A stretch of DNA of 63,992 nucleotides, the filler included. It is 4 parts of 4 records of this genome, joined end to end, with 100 filler letters (N's around TTAATTAATTAA, not from the genome) between each part and the next. Parts side by side here need not be neighbours in the genome. Positions count along the whole stretch, not along the records: positions 1 to 21,045 come from SRR31147125_2077; 3 more parts are not named here. One strand, 5' to 3'. A program made the position numbers and the translations under genes. Below the pieces are notes generated by a model. That model did no database searches. It had not been told where the DNA came from and saw only the letters and a program-made list of their open reading frames with translations. Positions 1-9,885 of the stretch are shown one piece after another. The first letter of the stretch is position 1. Every line of letters starts with the position of its first letter.

Positions 1-392
1 TTTTTTTATTTCAGGGAGAATGGGATTCTATCCCACCATTTTTGTAAGCCAATCGAACTTTTAATAAATAGTTAATAGGTGGGATAGAATCTCCATCCTA
101 CGAACTTGACCAGATTTCATCTGCTAGGCTGTATCAAAAGTCAAAATTTGAGCAAATTTATTAATATTTTAAGATAACAAGTGAGCACAAGATATTTATA
201 AACAAAACTATAAGCTGTTGATCCCTTTATGGTTCGTCAATGGATTTTTCAGTTAAATATTACTTTTGATTCAGCTTTGTACTTAAATCGGAATATTTAT
301 CCCCATGGACTTTTGAGATTGACTCAGAACATATTTAGGGATATTGAAAATGAATTTCGAGTTTTATGGAATGAAAGGACTGAAGATTCTCA

Positions 393-647
393 TCAATTCA
401 TTCGGGATGGAACGTGGAGGAACCACTTGTCAAAAAGGGGATCGTAGCGGAGAAGAAAAATCTTTCCCTCAGAGGTGTGAACCTTAAAATAATATAGGGC
501 TGGACGGCTTGGATCAAGTCCCCCCTCATACCATCGGTCAATAATTTCCGTTATCTCCCAACGGCGTTCCTGAAACATAAAGGCCACAGGGTGTTCATTG
601 ATCCGATATCCACTGTAGCACTCAACGTTTATCCTTTCGTATACCAT
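393..647 (-). CDS. Small conserved hypothetical protein (CYSGYR..E.P..F...DRWY family)
   Basis: 84-aa ORF resembling a widespread small cytoplasmic protein family; function unknown. Confidence 0.65.
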   Translation of the reverse strand: MVYERINVECYSGYRINEHPVAFMFQERRWEITEIIDRWYEGGLDPSRPALYYFKVHTSEGKIFLLRYDPLFDKWFLHVPSRMN

Positions 648-1245
648 GTTTGTTACATCTCGTTTGGACTTGTGCCGCTAATATAATCGAATATACCAAA
701 ATATCAAATGAAAAAAGCCCGCGCTCGATGTGCAGGCTCGAATACCCTGTTATTTGAACGAATCCCAGATCACCTAATTAAAAGCAGCTTGCTCGTCTCC
801 ATTTACCCCGCTTCTTTTTCTGATCGACCAGGATATTATCCCCAACAGGATTAATAAAAACGGTCTGATCCAATACAAAATTCGAGACTGTGGAGAAAAT
901 CCAGGTTTTCATCTGCGTCCCAAATTGAAATGTGGTGCGAAACTAGCTTGAGAAGCTGTGCTTCGTGTGTTACTCAAATAGAACTTTAATTTACATAATG
1001 TCCACTATCTTTGCCGGACAGTGATATGCAGAACTATCGATGCCTTGTTTAATAATAAAAGTCAAAGCATGGTTTTTCCTGCTAGTTTCGCCCTAATTTG
1101 CATCTTGGGACGGAGAAAATTTAAAGTATTATTCAAACTGGGTGCCAATATAATGGCCATCCCATCTAACCAAAAAAAGTATTAATATGCTCCTCCTCCC
1201 CGCGCCTTAAGCAACAACGAAATCTGCCAGACTAGCACCTGTCTT

Positions 1246-3186
1246 TTATTCCTTTGCCATAGGCAATGAAAAACAGACAACACTCCCTTCACCAGGTTTG
1301 CTTTTGAGGGTCAACGTTCCTGCAACCGCTGCTACTGCACGCTTGCAGGCCGCTAAACCCAATCCCAACCGAACGCGACCCTCTTTTTTGCTAAAACTGA
1401 ATTCAAAAGCGTTTGCGACCTGCTCGGCCGACATGCCGCGACCGCTGTCTGCGATACGTACTTCCGTCCATTGGTCGCGCAGCTCAATCGATATTCGTAT
1501 CTTCCCATGATCCTCTATCGACTCAACAGCGTTTTGAATCACGTTGAGAAATGCGTGACTCAGACGTCCACTGTCGCATAGTACATACGCAGGTTCATCG
1601 GGATAGTGCAATTCAATCTGAATCCTACTGTCCGTTTGCGGTTTGACAAGATTCACGACATTCTCGACGATCTCACGCATATCATGTACCTTGGTATCAG
1701 CGTAGTCGAGCGTAACAAAATGGGCGAGTCCATCGATGACTTCTTCGACTCGTTTGGTGCTCGTTGAAATCACTTCCGCGAGCTCATCACCCAGGTCCAG
1801 CCCCCGTAACACCTTCACCACTGCTGGATCTTCGTTTTCCTTCTGCTGTGAGACGTAATCGCGGCAATTTTGGAAAATCCGCCCTATAGTATCTGCGGTT
1901 GAGCGCAAGGCGCCCATCGGCGTATTGAACTCGTGAAGTAAACCTGCCAGTAGGCGCCCGAGCATCGCCTGCTTTTCTGATTCGATAAGCCGGCTTTGTG
2001 CCATTTTCAGTTCTTCGTGCTGTCGAGCCAATTGCTCGGCATAATCTTTCATCTGCGTCTCCGCTTCCCTGCGCTCGGTGATATCTCGAATGATCCCGGT
2101 GTAATAGCGATCCATATTCACTGTCCAGGTCGACAACGACAGTTCTATCGGAACCTCCTTGCCACTTTTCGTACGTGCAAACAGTTCTACCGTGCTGCCG
2201 ATAACTCGGCTTTCACCACCAGCTGTGACCCGTTGCATACCTTGACGGTGGGGTTCGTGAAAGCGCTCGGGAATGATCAACTCCAGGCGCTGGCCGATCG
2301 TCTCCTCAGAGGTGTACTCTAGTATGCGCGTGGCCGCACTGTTCCAACTAACAATTTTGCCTATGTGATCGGCCGAGATGATCGCGTCGATTGCCGACTC
2401 GGTGACTGACCGAAACTTTTGCTCTGCCTGTTTTCGCTCGCTGATGTCGCGAATGATACCCGTGTAGTAACGCTCGTCGTCCAAAAACCAGGTCGCCAGG
2501 GATAACTCGACCGGGAATTCGCTCCCATTCTTACGTATTGCGGCGAGTTCGACAGTCTTACCAATCACATGACTCGGTCCTCCGGAGCTCACCCTGCGAA
2601 TTCCTTCCTGATGACTCTTGCGAAATCGTTCGGGAATAATCAACTCGATTGGCTTACCTATCACCTCTTCCGCCGTGAATCCAAACAAGGCAGTGGCCGC
2701 ACGGTTCCATGAACGGATGTTGCCCGAGACGTCGCCGGAGATGATCGCATCGATTGCTGATTCCATGACCGACCGGAACTTTGCTTCCGATTCTCGAAGC
2801 GCCATACGCACCTTCGAGACCGTTACCTGGCGCTCGACTCGGGCCAGAACCTCTCGTGCCTCAAATGGCTTGGTGATCAGATCGTCGCCCATCTCAACCC
2901 CTTTGGCCCTGGCCTCGACATCGTCGAGAGCACTCATGAAAATCACTGGAATTTCCAGCGTATCCGTGCCCTGCTTGAGTTTTTCGCAAAGTGTGAAAGG
3001 ATCGATATCCGACAGATGGGCGTCTAGCAGTACGAGGTTCGGCTCCGCAGTAGGGATAGAGGCGAGGGCGTCCTCCCCACGGGCCGCCATATCCACGGCG
3101 TAACCATCATTCTCCAAAAGTTCTCTTAGCATGTCGACGCTGTATGGATTATCGTCGACGATGAAAACATGCCCGCGATTGGACAT
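1246..3186 (-). CDS. Hybrid sensor histidine kinase, REC-PAS-PAS-HisKA-HATPase
   Basis: REC (VFIVDD...LVLLD...KPF), two near-duplicate PAS domains, H-box LLHEFNTP, N-box NVIQNA, G boxes DSGRG/GLGL; AGGAGG RBS before ATG at 3186. Confidence 0.92.
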   Translation of the reverse strand: MSNRGHVFIVDDNPYSVDMLRELLENDGYAVDMAARGEDALASIPTAEPNLVLLDAHLSDIDPFTLCEKLKQGTDTLEIPVIFMSALDDVEARAKGVEMGDDLITKPFEAREVLARVERQVTVSKVRMALRESEAKFRSVMESAIDAIISGDVSGNIRSWNRAATALFGFTAEEVIGKPIELIIPERFRKSHQEGIRRVSSGGPSHVIGKTVELAAIRKNGSEFPVELSLATWFLDDERYYTGIIRDISERKQAEQKFRSVTESAIDAIISADHIGKIVSWNSAATRILEYTSEETIGQRLELIIPERFHEPHRQGMQRVTAGGESRVIGSTVELFARTKSGKEVPIELSLSTWTVNMDRYYTGIIRDITERREAETQMKDYAEQLARQHEELKMAQSRLIESEKQAMLGRLLAGLLHEFNTPMGALRSTADTIGRIFQNCRDYVSQQKENEDPAVVKVLRGLDLGDELAEVISTSTKRVEEVIDGLAHFVTLDYADTKVHDMREIVENVVNLVKPQTDSRIQIELHYPDEPAYVLCDSGRLSHAFLNVIQNAVESIEDHGKIRISIELRDQWTEVRIADSGRGMSAEQVANAFEFSFSKKEGRVRLGLGLAACKRAVAAVAGTLTLKSKPGEGSVVCFSLPMAKE

Positions 3187-3997
3187 TTGCTTACCTCCTA
3201 TGTATGGCTCAATCCAGGGCGGAGCGATCGGAGCAAAACCTCTCTTACCTCTTCCCTGAGAATAATTATCGCAGAGCAATTATTCACGGGACAGATCGGT
3301 TCACGACGCCGTGTACCTTGGAGAGTTGATCCGCGCATATTCAAGCCTCTGCGTCCGACCGTCTCCACACACACCGCAAAACCTCTATATATTGCCAGTG
3401 TTTGGATATTGAAGGGAAGAGACTGACTTTAGTCAAGCAGCGGCATTTGTACGGCTGTTGTGTGGTGATTTGGCGCACCACTATCTTTCGCTGATTATAC
3501 ATCAATCCCACCCAACCTTTACCCACCTGCCAAAATGTGATATTCTAACTCGACATTTTGGCAGGAATTTCACAAAAAAATATCCTAAAAAAAATAATAA
3601 TGCCGCTAATATATTCATCCAGAGACGGGGATCCTGAGAATTTCAACATGAAAGAGAAATATTTAATTGCCCTTGAAAATGCAACAATATGGAATAATCA
3701 ATTATTTCTTTCTGTAAAATGTGTGTATTTGTATCCTGTTCCTCAGGAATAGATTTGGAGGTACACTTTGCATATCATACACAATTCGACAACCTTTTAT
3801 TTTAATCGCTTTACAAACTTTCCGGTTAAGAAACAGGCCTGGTCGAAAGAGCCTCCTGTACCTGAATCGATCGACTTTGGGACAATCAGGTCTCTAATGA
3901 ATCGGATCGCATATTGAACATTACAAAAAGATAACAAACGTGACGATAACGTAAATAAAAGATATTCGCCCACCTATAAAAATTATCTCTTTATTGA

Positions 3998-4581
3998 TTA
4001 AAATTTCTTTTTTAAAGTATCTTTTACAAAGAGATCTTCAAGTCGCTTAGTTAAAGCTATCAATTTGGCGTCGAAATTTTTCGAATCCAGCAAAGAAAAA
4101 ATTGTATGTTCCCTGTAGGATCAATGATTAAATTAGACGCGATGCAAATCTCATCACGAGCCAAATCCGGTAGAACCTCTGGCGGCGCATAACTGGCTGA
4201 GATTTTACCGTCGCTATCCAGCAATATTGGAAAGGAAAGTTTCCGGGCATCTGCCCATCTAGCAGCGAGTTCCTTGCTTTCCTTTACATTAATGATAAGA
4301 ACCTGAACGTTACAAGATTTGTACTTTTGCCACAATGTTTCTAAATGCGGAGCCTCCGCATTGCAGAACGGTCACCAACTGGCTGCAAAATGGATAACAA
4401 CATACATGCCACGCAGATCCGAAAGAGCCAGCGTTTCGCCCTGGAGCGTTGCCAATTCAAACAAAGGAGCTTTTCCAGGATTCGGTTGTTTGTTTTCCTC
4501 TGCAAAACTGTTCATGTGGCCGAGCGCCGAAAGAAGCAGAATCGAGAGAATGTGAAGAAGACGGAAGATTATATTAGCCAT
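3998..4581 (-). CDS. TlpA/AhpC-TSA-family thioredoxin-fold selenoprotein (UxxC)
   Basis: Signal peptide, then APLFELATLQG...VVIHFAASW-UGA(4372-4374)-PFCNAEAPHLE in frame with the 4060-4335 ORF; probable 1-nt homopolymer deletion near 4096-4101 restores ...FFSLLDSKNFDAKL; AGGAG RBS. Confidence 0.85.
4344..4362 (-). promoter_or_regulatory. Candidate SECIS hairpin of the TlpA-like selenoprotein
   Basis: AAUGCGGA-GGC-UCCGCAUU stem-loop; the G-initiated loop starts 17 nt after the UGA. Confidence 0.7.
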
Positions 4582-4684
4582 AATCACACTCCTTATAATT
4601 ATGGTTTTTTTAGAATTAAAGTGAAAATATTTAGGATGTTGCGGTTCATAACCACAATTGTCATTTGATGATATATTCACACTT

Positions 4685-5497
4685 TTACCGTTGGCTTTTT
4701 TTAGCTCGAAAGTTAATTCCAACGGTCCCAAAAGCAGCGGCACTACTCGATTGAGGTGCACCGCTAAAGACATCTGCTCGCCAGGTAATCTCGAAATCGA
4801 CAAAACCAGCAGAGACAACTGCCGCCTGTAACTCTGCTTCCAGCAGAGCGCCGGCAATTCAGCCAGTCCACAATTCGATTTTTCGTTTGGCATCCGCTGA
4901 CACGGGTTTTTGCACCAGAATGTCGCCAATTTGCAGTCTTCCTGTCGGTTTGAGTACTCGTGCCATTTCCAGAAGCGTCGTGGATTTATCAGGGCTTAAA
5001 TTAAGTACGCCATTAGAGATAACCACATCCGCCCAACCATCTTCTACAGGTAAATCTTCCGCGTATCCGAAACGAAAATCCACATTAGTAATACCCGCCT
5101 CGACTCCAGCGTCTCGCGCCTTATCGAGCATCGTGGAAGTCATGTCAATGCCTACAACCCTGCCGTTTGGAGCGACTTTCCTGGCAGCGATCAAGCTATC
5201 AATTCCCGCACCACATCCTACATCAACAACTCGCTCGCCAGGCTTAATCTCTCCAAGACGAAACGGATTGCCTGTCCCGGCAAATGATTCAATAGAAGAT
5301 TCGGGAATTCCTTTTAGCCAATCCTCATCATAATCGAGCAAACGCGCGAGCGGTCTGCCCGTATGAAAATGAAATCCTTTTTGAGGTTCATTCGCGACCG
5401 CGTCATATTCTTCACTAATGGCATCCCGCAGCTCTCCTAACTCCAGGCCGAGCTCCGCGACCCTCTCAGTGATGTCTAATGATATTTGATTACTCAT
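4685..5497 (-). CDS. ArsM-like SAM-dependent methyltransferase, selenoprotein
   Basis: SAM motif VVDVGCGAGID; LWTG-UGA(4859-4861)-IAGALLEAEL aligns with ArsM xCxxGAL; frame stays open for 57 more codons to TAA at 4685. Confidence 0.88.
4831..4849 (-). promoter_or_regulatory. Candidate SECIS hairpin of the methyltransferase
   Basis: CUCUGCU-GGA-AGCAGAG, loop 17 nt after the UGA; a lower stem AUUGCCG/CGGCAGU can also form. Confidence 0.7.
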
Positions 5498-5734
5498 AGC
5501 GTTATCTCCATTCATGTAAAAATATCTGATACTTTGTAATTTATATGTCTAATATCTCGATTTCCTGCTTATCAAAAGCAGACATCCTGAACAAATCTCT
5601 TCACAAAAACATTATTTCCTGACCATTCTTACAATGATCCACATTTAAAGGAAATCTGGCACACTCGCGATTGGTAAAACCGATTTTAATTAAAACAACC
5701 ATTCCGCAGCAAAACGTAGGATTCACTTCTCTCA

Positions 5735-6271
5735 TCAACCTCCTACACTGTAACCTTTTTCGACAATTTTTTCGCCTTGTCGTTCCTTTGTCGTCGGACC
5801 ACCGAAAATCGCATTATAAACAAGTGAAGGGATACAGAAGTCAATTGTGCTGACTAGCAGGCCTACAATTGTAAGCGTTCCGCCCAGGATATAACCCGTA
5901 AACGTTGCACCCGAATGAAACGCCCAGGCTGTAACAATCAACCATACAGTTCCCAGGCCGCACGCGAAACGATTTGGCGCACCGCGCCGGGGCAAAAGAC
6001 GAGTATGGGTCAGGCGGCGAATGCCATAGTTATAGATGAAATCAAACGGGTGAACATGAAAGATAGCGCCCAACGCTGCAATGGGCGCCAACGTCAATAA
6101 TAACTTTGGCGAAGCGAATGCCGTTCCCAGGCCGGCCAGAACTGTGCATAGTGCGAAGGCAAGACGAAGCCATGATCCAACTTCAGCCAATGTGTCGTCA
6201 TCGAGGCCGACGAATCCCTGGACTTCCAGTCGACAACGTCTTGTCGCTGATACAACTTTTTTCATACTCAT
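5735..6271 (-). CDS. DUF4395-family membrane protein
   Basis: Four hydrophobic segments, P.RFACGLG and DFCIPS..Y motifs typical of DUF4395. Confidence 0.75.
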   Translation of the reverse strand: MSMKKVVSATRRCRLEVQGFVGLDDDTLAEVGSWLRLAFALCTVLAGLGTAFASPKLLLTLAPIAALGAIFHVHPFDFIYNYGIRRLTHTRLLPRRGAPNRFACGLGTVWLIVTAWAFHSGATFTGYILGGTLTIVGLLVSTIDFCIPSLVYNAIFGGPTTKERQGEKIVEKGYSVGG

Positions 6272-6786
6272 TCCTTTATAATTACTGCCTTATTTTTTGA
6301 ATTGCTATTATCATATTTAATATCAACTCTGGGTTCTGACAAACGACAAAAGTTGATCATTAATAGAATCAAAATCACATGGATTGAAAGTGAGAATGGT
6401 TGCAGTATAATATCATTCCGGGGGCGGAGATCGGGAGAAAATCTAAAAGGATTGAATGTAAAATTGCCGTTGGCAGTATAACATTGAAGGATAATTAATT
6501 ATTTCATCTTGCAGGAGGAATTTCAGCAACACAAGTCTCTTGCTTTCATCGTTTGTGTTTACATCTGTCAAGCCAGAGACCATCCCGATTATAGTCTGGA
6601 TCGATCCGTCAAGGAAATAAATGGAAACAACTGCCCAGGCAATTCCTGAGCAGCTGTTTTTGCTTATAAGAGGCTTTTCCCGTGATTTACTTTGTACAGG
6701 CAGGATTGGAGAGTACATGAAAGAATTACACAGAGAAAATACCAATCAGGGTAGGATTTTCAGGAAAAAAGAATGAATTGAAAAAA

Positions 6787-6834
6787 TGGCTGTACCAAAA
6801 AATCTGTTCCAAAAAAAACATATGATACAGCCAT
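6787..6834 (-). terminator. Possible terminator hairpin after the porin gene
   Basis: ATGGCTGTA...TACAGCCAT inverted repeat followed by a T-run on the minus strand; loop is long. Confidence 0.4.
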
Positions 6835-6847
6835 ATCATTTTACACT

Positions 6848-8071
6848 CTAAAAAAAGTAATAAGCACCGAGCAGCAATCTCAGGTTATTGACAAATTCAG
6901 CGTCCTCGACTTCACCCTTGCTATTCGTGGTTCCGTAGCTCGCTCCTGTGTATTCGCATTCTACTGCAAACCGGGTTTTACCCGAGTTCCACATGATACG
7001 AGGGGAAACACGATAAATCATATCAATTGAAAGCCCGCGACCCCAGGCATTTATTACATTTTCACTTGCACCCATATTCTTTGTCACACCTGCAAAACAG
7101 CCAAATCCTATCTTTTTACCACCGGAAACATCCGTCCATACGGAATAAACATTCGTTGGGATATATGTTTCTTCACCGGTATTTGTATCAACGGTTTCCG
7201 CGCCATACCCGCCAAGCATCAAATGATCTGTCAGATTTTGGCCGTAAACGCCTTCAACTTTCCATGTGAGTGATGGTAGATTAAACCTGGCATATCCAAG
7301 AAATGAAAGGCTGTTTACCGTTTCAGTTGTTTTATATCCGAGTGGTGTACTAAGACGAGGTGTCAGAGCTTTCCAATCTGCACCAAGTCCAAAGATCGTT
7401 TTTTCATTTTTCATCTGAACCTGCAGGTGCATATTGGGAATGGCCGAATTCCTCAAGTATATAGAGCTACCTCCACCAGGTCCGGTACTGGTAAAATCTC
7501 TCTGAGAGATAGCTGCTGCAATGATATTCAGATGTCCTGTGGAATGCGTTAACCGAACCTGTGGATTTCTTGAAAATGGTTGAAATGGAGCGCCTGTATT
7601 AAAAGAAACTGTTCCCGGGAAACAATCCGTCACAAACATGGGATGCCAGTATTGACCGATTAAAAGTGTATTCTGTTCCCATGTCATGGTTAAAAAGGCG
7701 TGACGCAGCCGAAATCCATTAACATCACTATTAGAATGACCAAAAAATGCGGCTTCGATCAGGCCACCTGTTTTTGCGCCAAATGCATCCGGACCGGTAA
7801 TGGTCCCCTTAAGCCGGGTTTGAATTGCAAGCATATTGAGATTTGCTTTTGCATTAATATCATCACCGTTTGGATCTTTGGATTCACCAACTGGATAGAG
7901 TAAAAAATGGCCTTCCCGTGCTGCCACTGTTTGTCTAGAATCAAACATAAGGTCCGTTTTCACAAAACCGCTAAATTTTATACCAAAATCTTTCTCCGTT
8001 GATTGGCCTGTTACCATACTTGTCAGGCAGATTGATATAAAGAAACAAAACATCACAAACTTTTTCATCAT
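6848..8071 (-). CDS. DcaP-like outer membrane porin
   Basis: Signal peptide, FSGFVKTD, RLRHAF, LLIGQYW, RNPQVR, C-terminal aromatic YYFF. Confidence 0.8.
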   Translation of the reverse strand: MMKKFVMFCFFISICLTSMVTGQSTEKDFGIKFSGFVKTDLMFDSRQTVAAREGHFLLYPVGESKDPNGDDINAKANLNMLAIQTRLKGTITGPDAFGAKTGGLIEAAFFGHSNSDVNGFRLRHAFLTMTWEQNTLLIGQYWHPMFVTDCFPGTVSFNTGAPFQPFSRNPQVRLTHSTGHLNIIAAAISQRDFTSTGPGGGSSIYLRNSAIPNMHLQVQMKNEKTIFGLGADWKALTPRLSTPLGYKTTETVNSLSFLGYARFNLPSLTWKVEGVYGQNLTDHLMLGGYGAETVDTNTGEETYIPTNVYSVWTDVSGGKKIGFGCFAGVTKNMGASENVINAWGRGLSIDMIYRVSPRIMWNSGKTRFAVECEYTGASYGTTNSKGEVEDAEFVNNLRLLLGAYYFF

Positions 8072-8177
8072 ATTATCCTCTCAACGCTAATTCTGCTTAC
8101 CATTAAAAATAAAATGTTATTTTCAGATCACGTCTTGCTAAAAAACCCCTCAAAAATGAGGGGCCCCTAAATGGAAT

Positions 8178-9857
8178 TTACGCATTATGTACTTTTTCAG
8201 CCAGGAATTTTTGAATCTCATCAGGTGTTTTGGATTTACTCAAGAGAGAAACAACGACATTTGCAAAAATAGCTAACGGTGCTCCTAACCAGGCAAAATA
8301 CCATGCATTCAAATAATAATTAATAAATTCTTGTCCGGGTAAACCACCACCGTATTTTCCGACGATGAAATAGACCAGGGCGACAAGAGCTACAGAAGAT
8401 CCGGCTAATAGTCCGGCCCAGGCACCTGTTCTGTTGGATCCTCCCCACCAGATTCCCAAAAGGAATAATGGAAAGATAGTACAACCCGCCAATGAAAAGG
8501 CAATGGCAACCAACTGAGCGATCAAACCCAGTTTCAATAATGCAACGATAGCCACCGATGCAGCCATTAAAATGGTTCCAATGCGAGCCATGAGCATTTG
8601 CGTGTGCTCGGTTGCATTGGGATTAATAGTTTTATAATAGAGATCATGAGAAAACGCAGATGCACCAGCAACCAAAAGGCCGGATACAGTTGAAAACGCG
8701 GCTGAAATAGCCCCTGCAGCAAGCAAACCGACAATAAGTGGAAAAACAGCACCTAATTGAGCCGTATAAACCACAATGGCGTCTTTGGCCAGTGCACCAA
8801 CCTCAGGATTGGATGATAATATTTTACCAAAAACAGAATAGACTGGTGCGCTCCAGTATAGCAGACAAATAAAGAAAAGCCCCCATACAACAGACCAACG
8901 GGCATCACGGGCTTTTGGTACAACGTAAAATCGTTGGATAACATGAGGTAATCCTGCTGTGCCAATCATTAATGAAAAACATATGGCGATCCATTGAAAG
9001 GCAGTTTGACCTGTTGCCGGATCCCACGGCATGGCAAACTCGGGTGCCGGTAAGGTTGCAAATTCGTGCCCCAACGCAGACAATCCTTTGCCCGGTGCCA
9101 AACCATTCACCGTATCTGTTACAACCTGACCGTATCCAATTTGTGGTATAAACCAAAAATAACCAAATTTATAAGCTAATATAAACAGAGGAATCATAAA
9201 AGAAACAATGATGATGACGTACTGAACCTGCATATTCTTGGTAACTCCCAGCATGCCGGAAATAAGAGTATAGGTAAGCACAACAGAGGCACCTATAAGA
9301 ACGGCCCAGGTATAATCAATGCCCATAACCCACTTGAACATAATTCCAATTCCAGCAAACTGTCCAACACAATAAGAAAAGGAAATAAAAATCGCCAGGC
9401 AAGCACCGAATCCGCGCAATCCCTTGGAATAATAGCGATCTCCAATAAAATCTGCTGCGGTATATTTACCGTAGCGCCTGATCTGTCCTGCCATCAGGAT
9501 GAGCAATAAAACGTAACCGCCGGTCCACCCCACGACATAGGATAAACCATGATAACCGGCTCCATACATAATGGCCGCCATACCCAAAAAAGACGCGGCA
9601 CTCATCCAGTTGGATGCAATGGCCATACCAGCACCAACCGGTGAAATCTTTCGGCCAGCAGCCCAATAGGTTGATGTATCTTTTGCACGATTAAAAACGC
9701 CAATCATAACAAATGTAACGAGAATAATAATGAGTAGTATGGCCGGCCCTTCTTTAAAATCACCTTCTAATGTGGTCGCACTTGTGGAATTTGCTAAAAT
9801 CGGTAAGCTTATACACAGAATCAACAAGATGGTTAGTAAACTCGACTTTCGTAACAT
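8178..9857 (-). CDS. actP: Sodium:solute symporter, ActP/cation-acetate type
   Basis: GMAIASNWMSAASFLG, GTAGLPHVIQRFY, AAFSTVSGLL motifs; AGGAG RBS before ATG 9857. Confidence 0.85.
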   Translation of the reverse strand: MLRKSSLLTILLILCISLPILANSTSATTLEGDFKEGPAILLIIILVTFVMIGVFNRAKDTSTYWAAGRKISPVGAGMAIASNWMSAASFLGMAAIMYGAGYHGLSYVVGWTGGYVLLLILMAGQIRRYGKYTAADFIGDRYYSKGLRGFGACLAIFISFSYCVGQFAGIGIMFKWVMGIDYTWAVLIGASVVLTYTLISGMLGVTKNMQVQYVIIIVSFMIPLFILAYKFGYFWFIPQIGYGQVVTDTVNGLAPGKGLSALGHEFATLPAPEFAMPWDPATGQTAFQWIAICFSLMIGTAGLPHVIQRFYVVPKARDARWSVVWGLFFICLLYWSAPVYSVFGKILSSNPEVGALAKDAIVVYTAQLGAVFPLIVGLLAAGAISAAFSTVSGLLVAGASAFSHDLYYKTINPNATEHTQMLMARIGTILMAASVAIVALLKLGLIAQLVAIAFSLAGCTIFPLFLLGIWWGGSNRTGAWAGLLAGSSVALVALVYFIVGKYGGGLPGQEFINYYLNAWYFAWLGAPLAIFANVVVSLLSKSKTPDEIQKFLAEKVHNA

Positions 9858-9885
9858 AGAAATCTCCTTTATAATCAGCGCTTTA

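Noticed and set aside
3820-3900. GAAA-containing hairpins resembling a c-di-GMP riboswitch
   Set aside because: The GGCAAA/GACGCAAA core is absent and there is no suitably placed downstream gene
4372-4929. 185-aa ORF as given in the track
   Set aside because: Its N-terminal half is an alternative frame of the methyltransferase readthrough region; the real gene starts at 4581 with an RBS
5732-5737. TGA at the end of the DUF4395 gene as possible Sec
   Set aside because: Immediately followed by a second TGA, and the domain is complete
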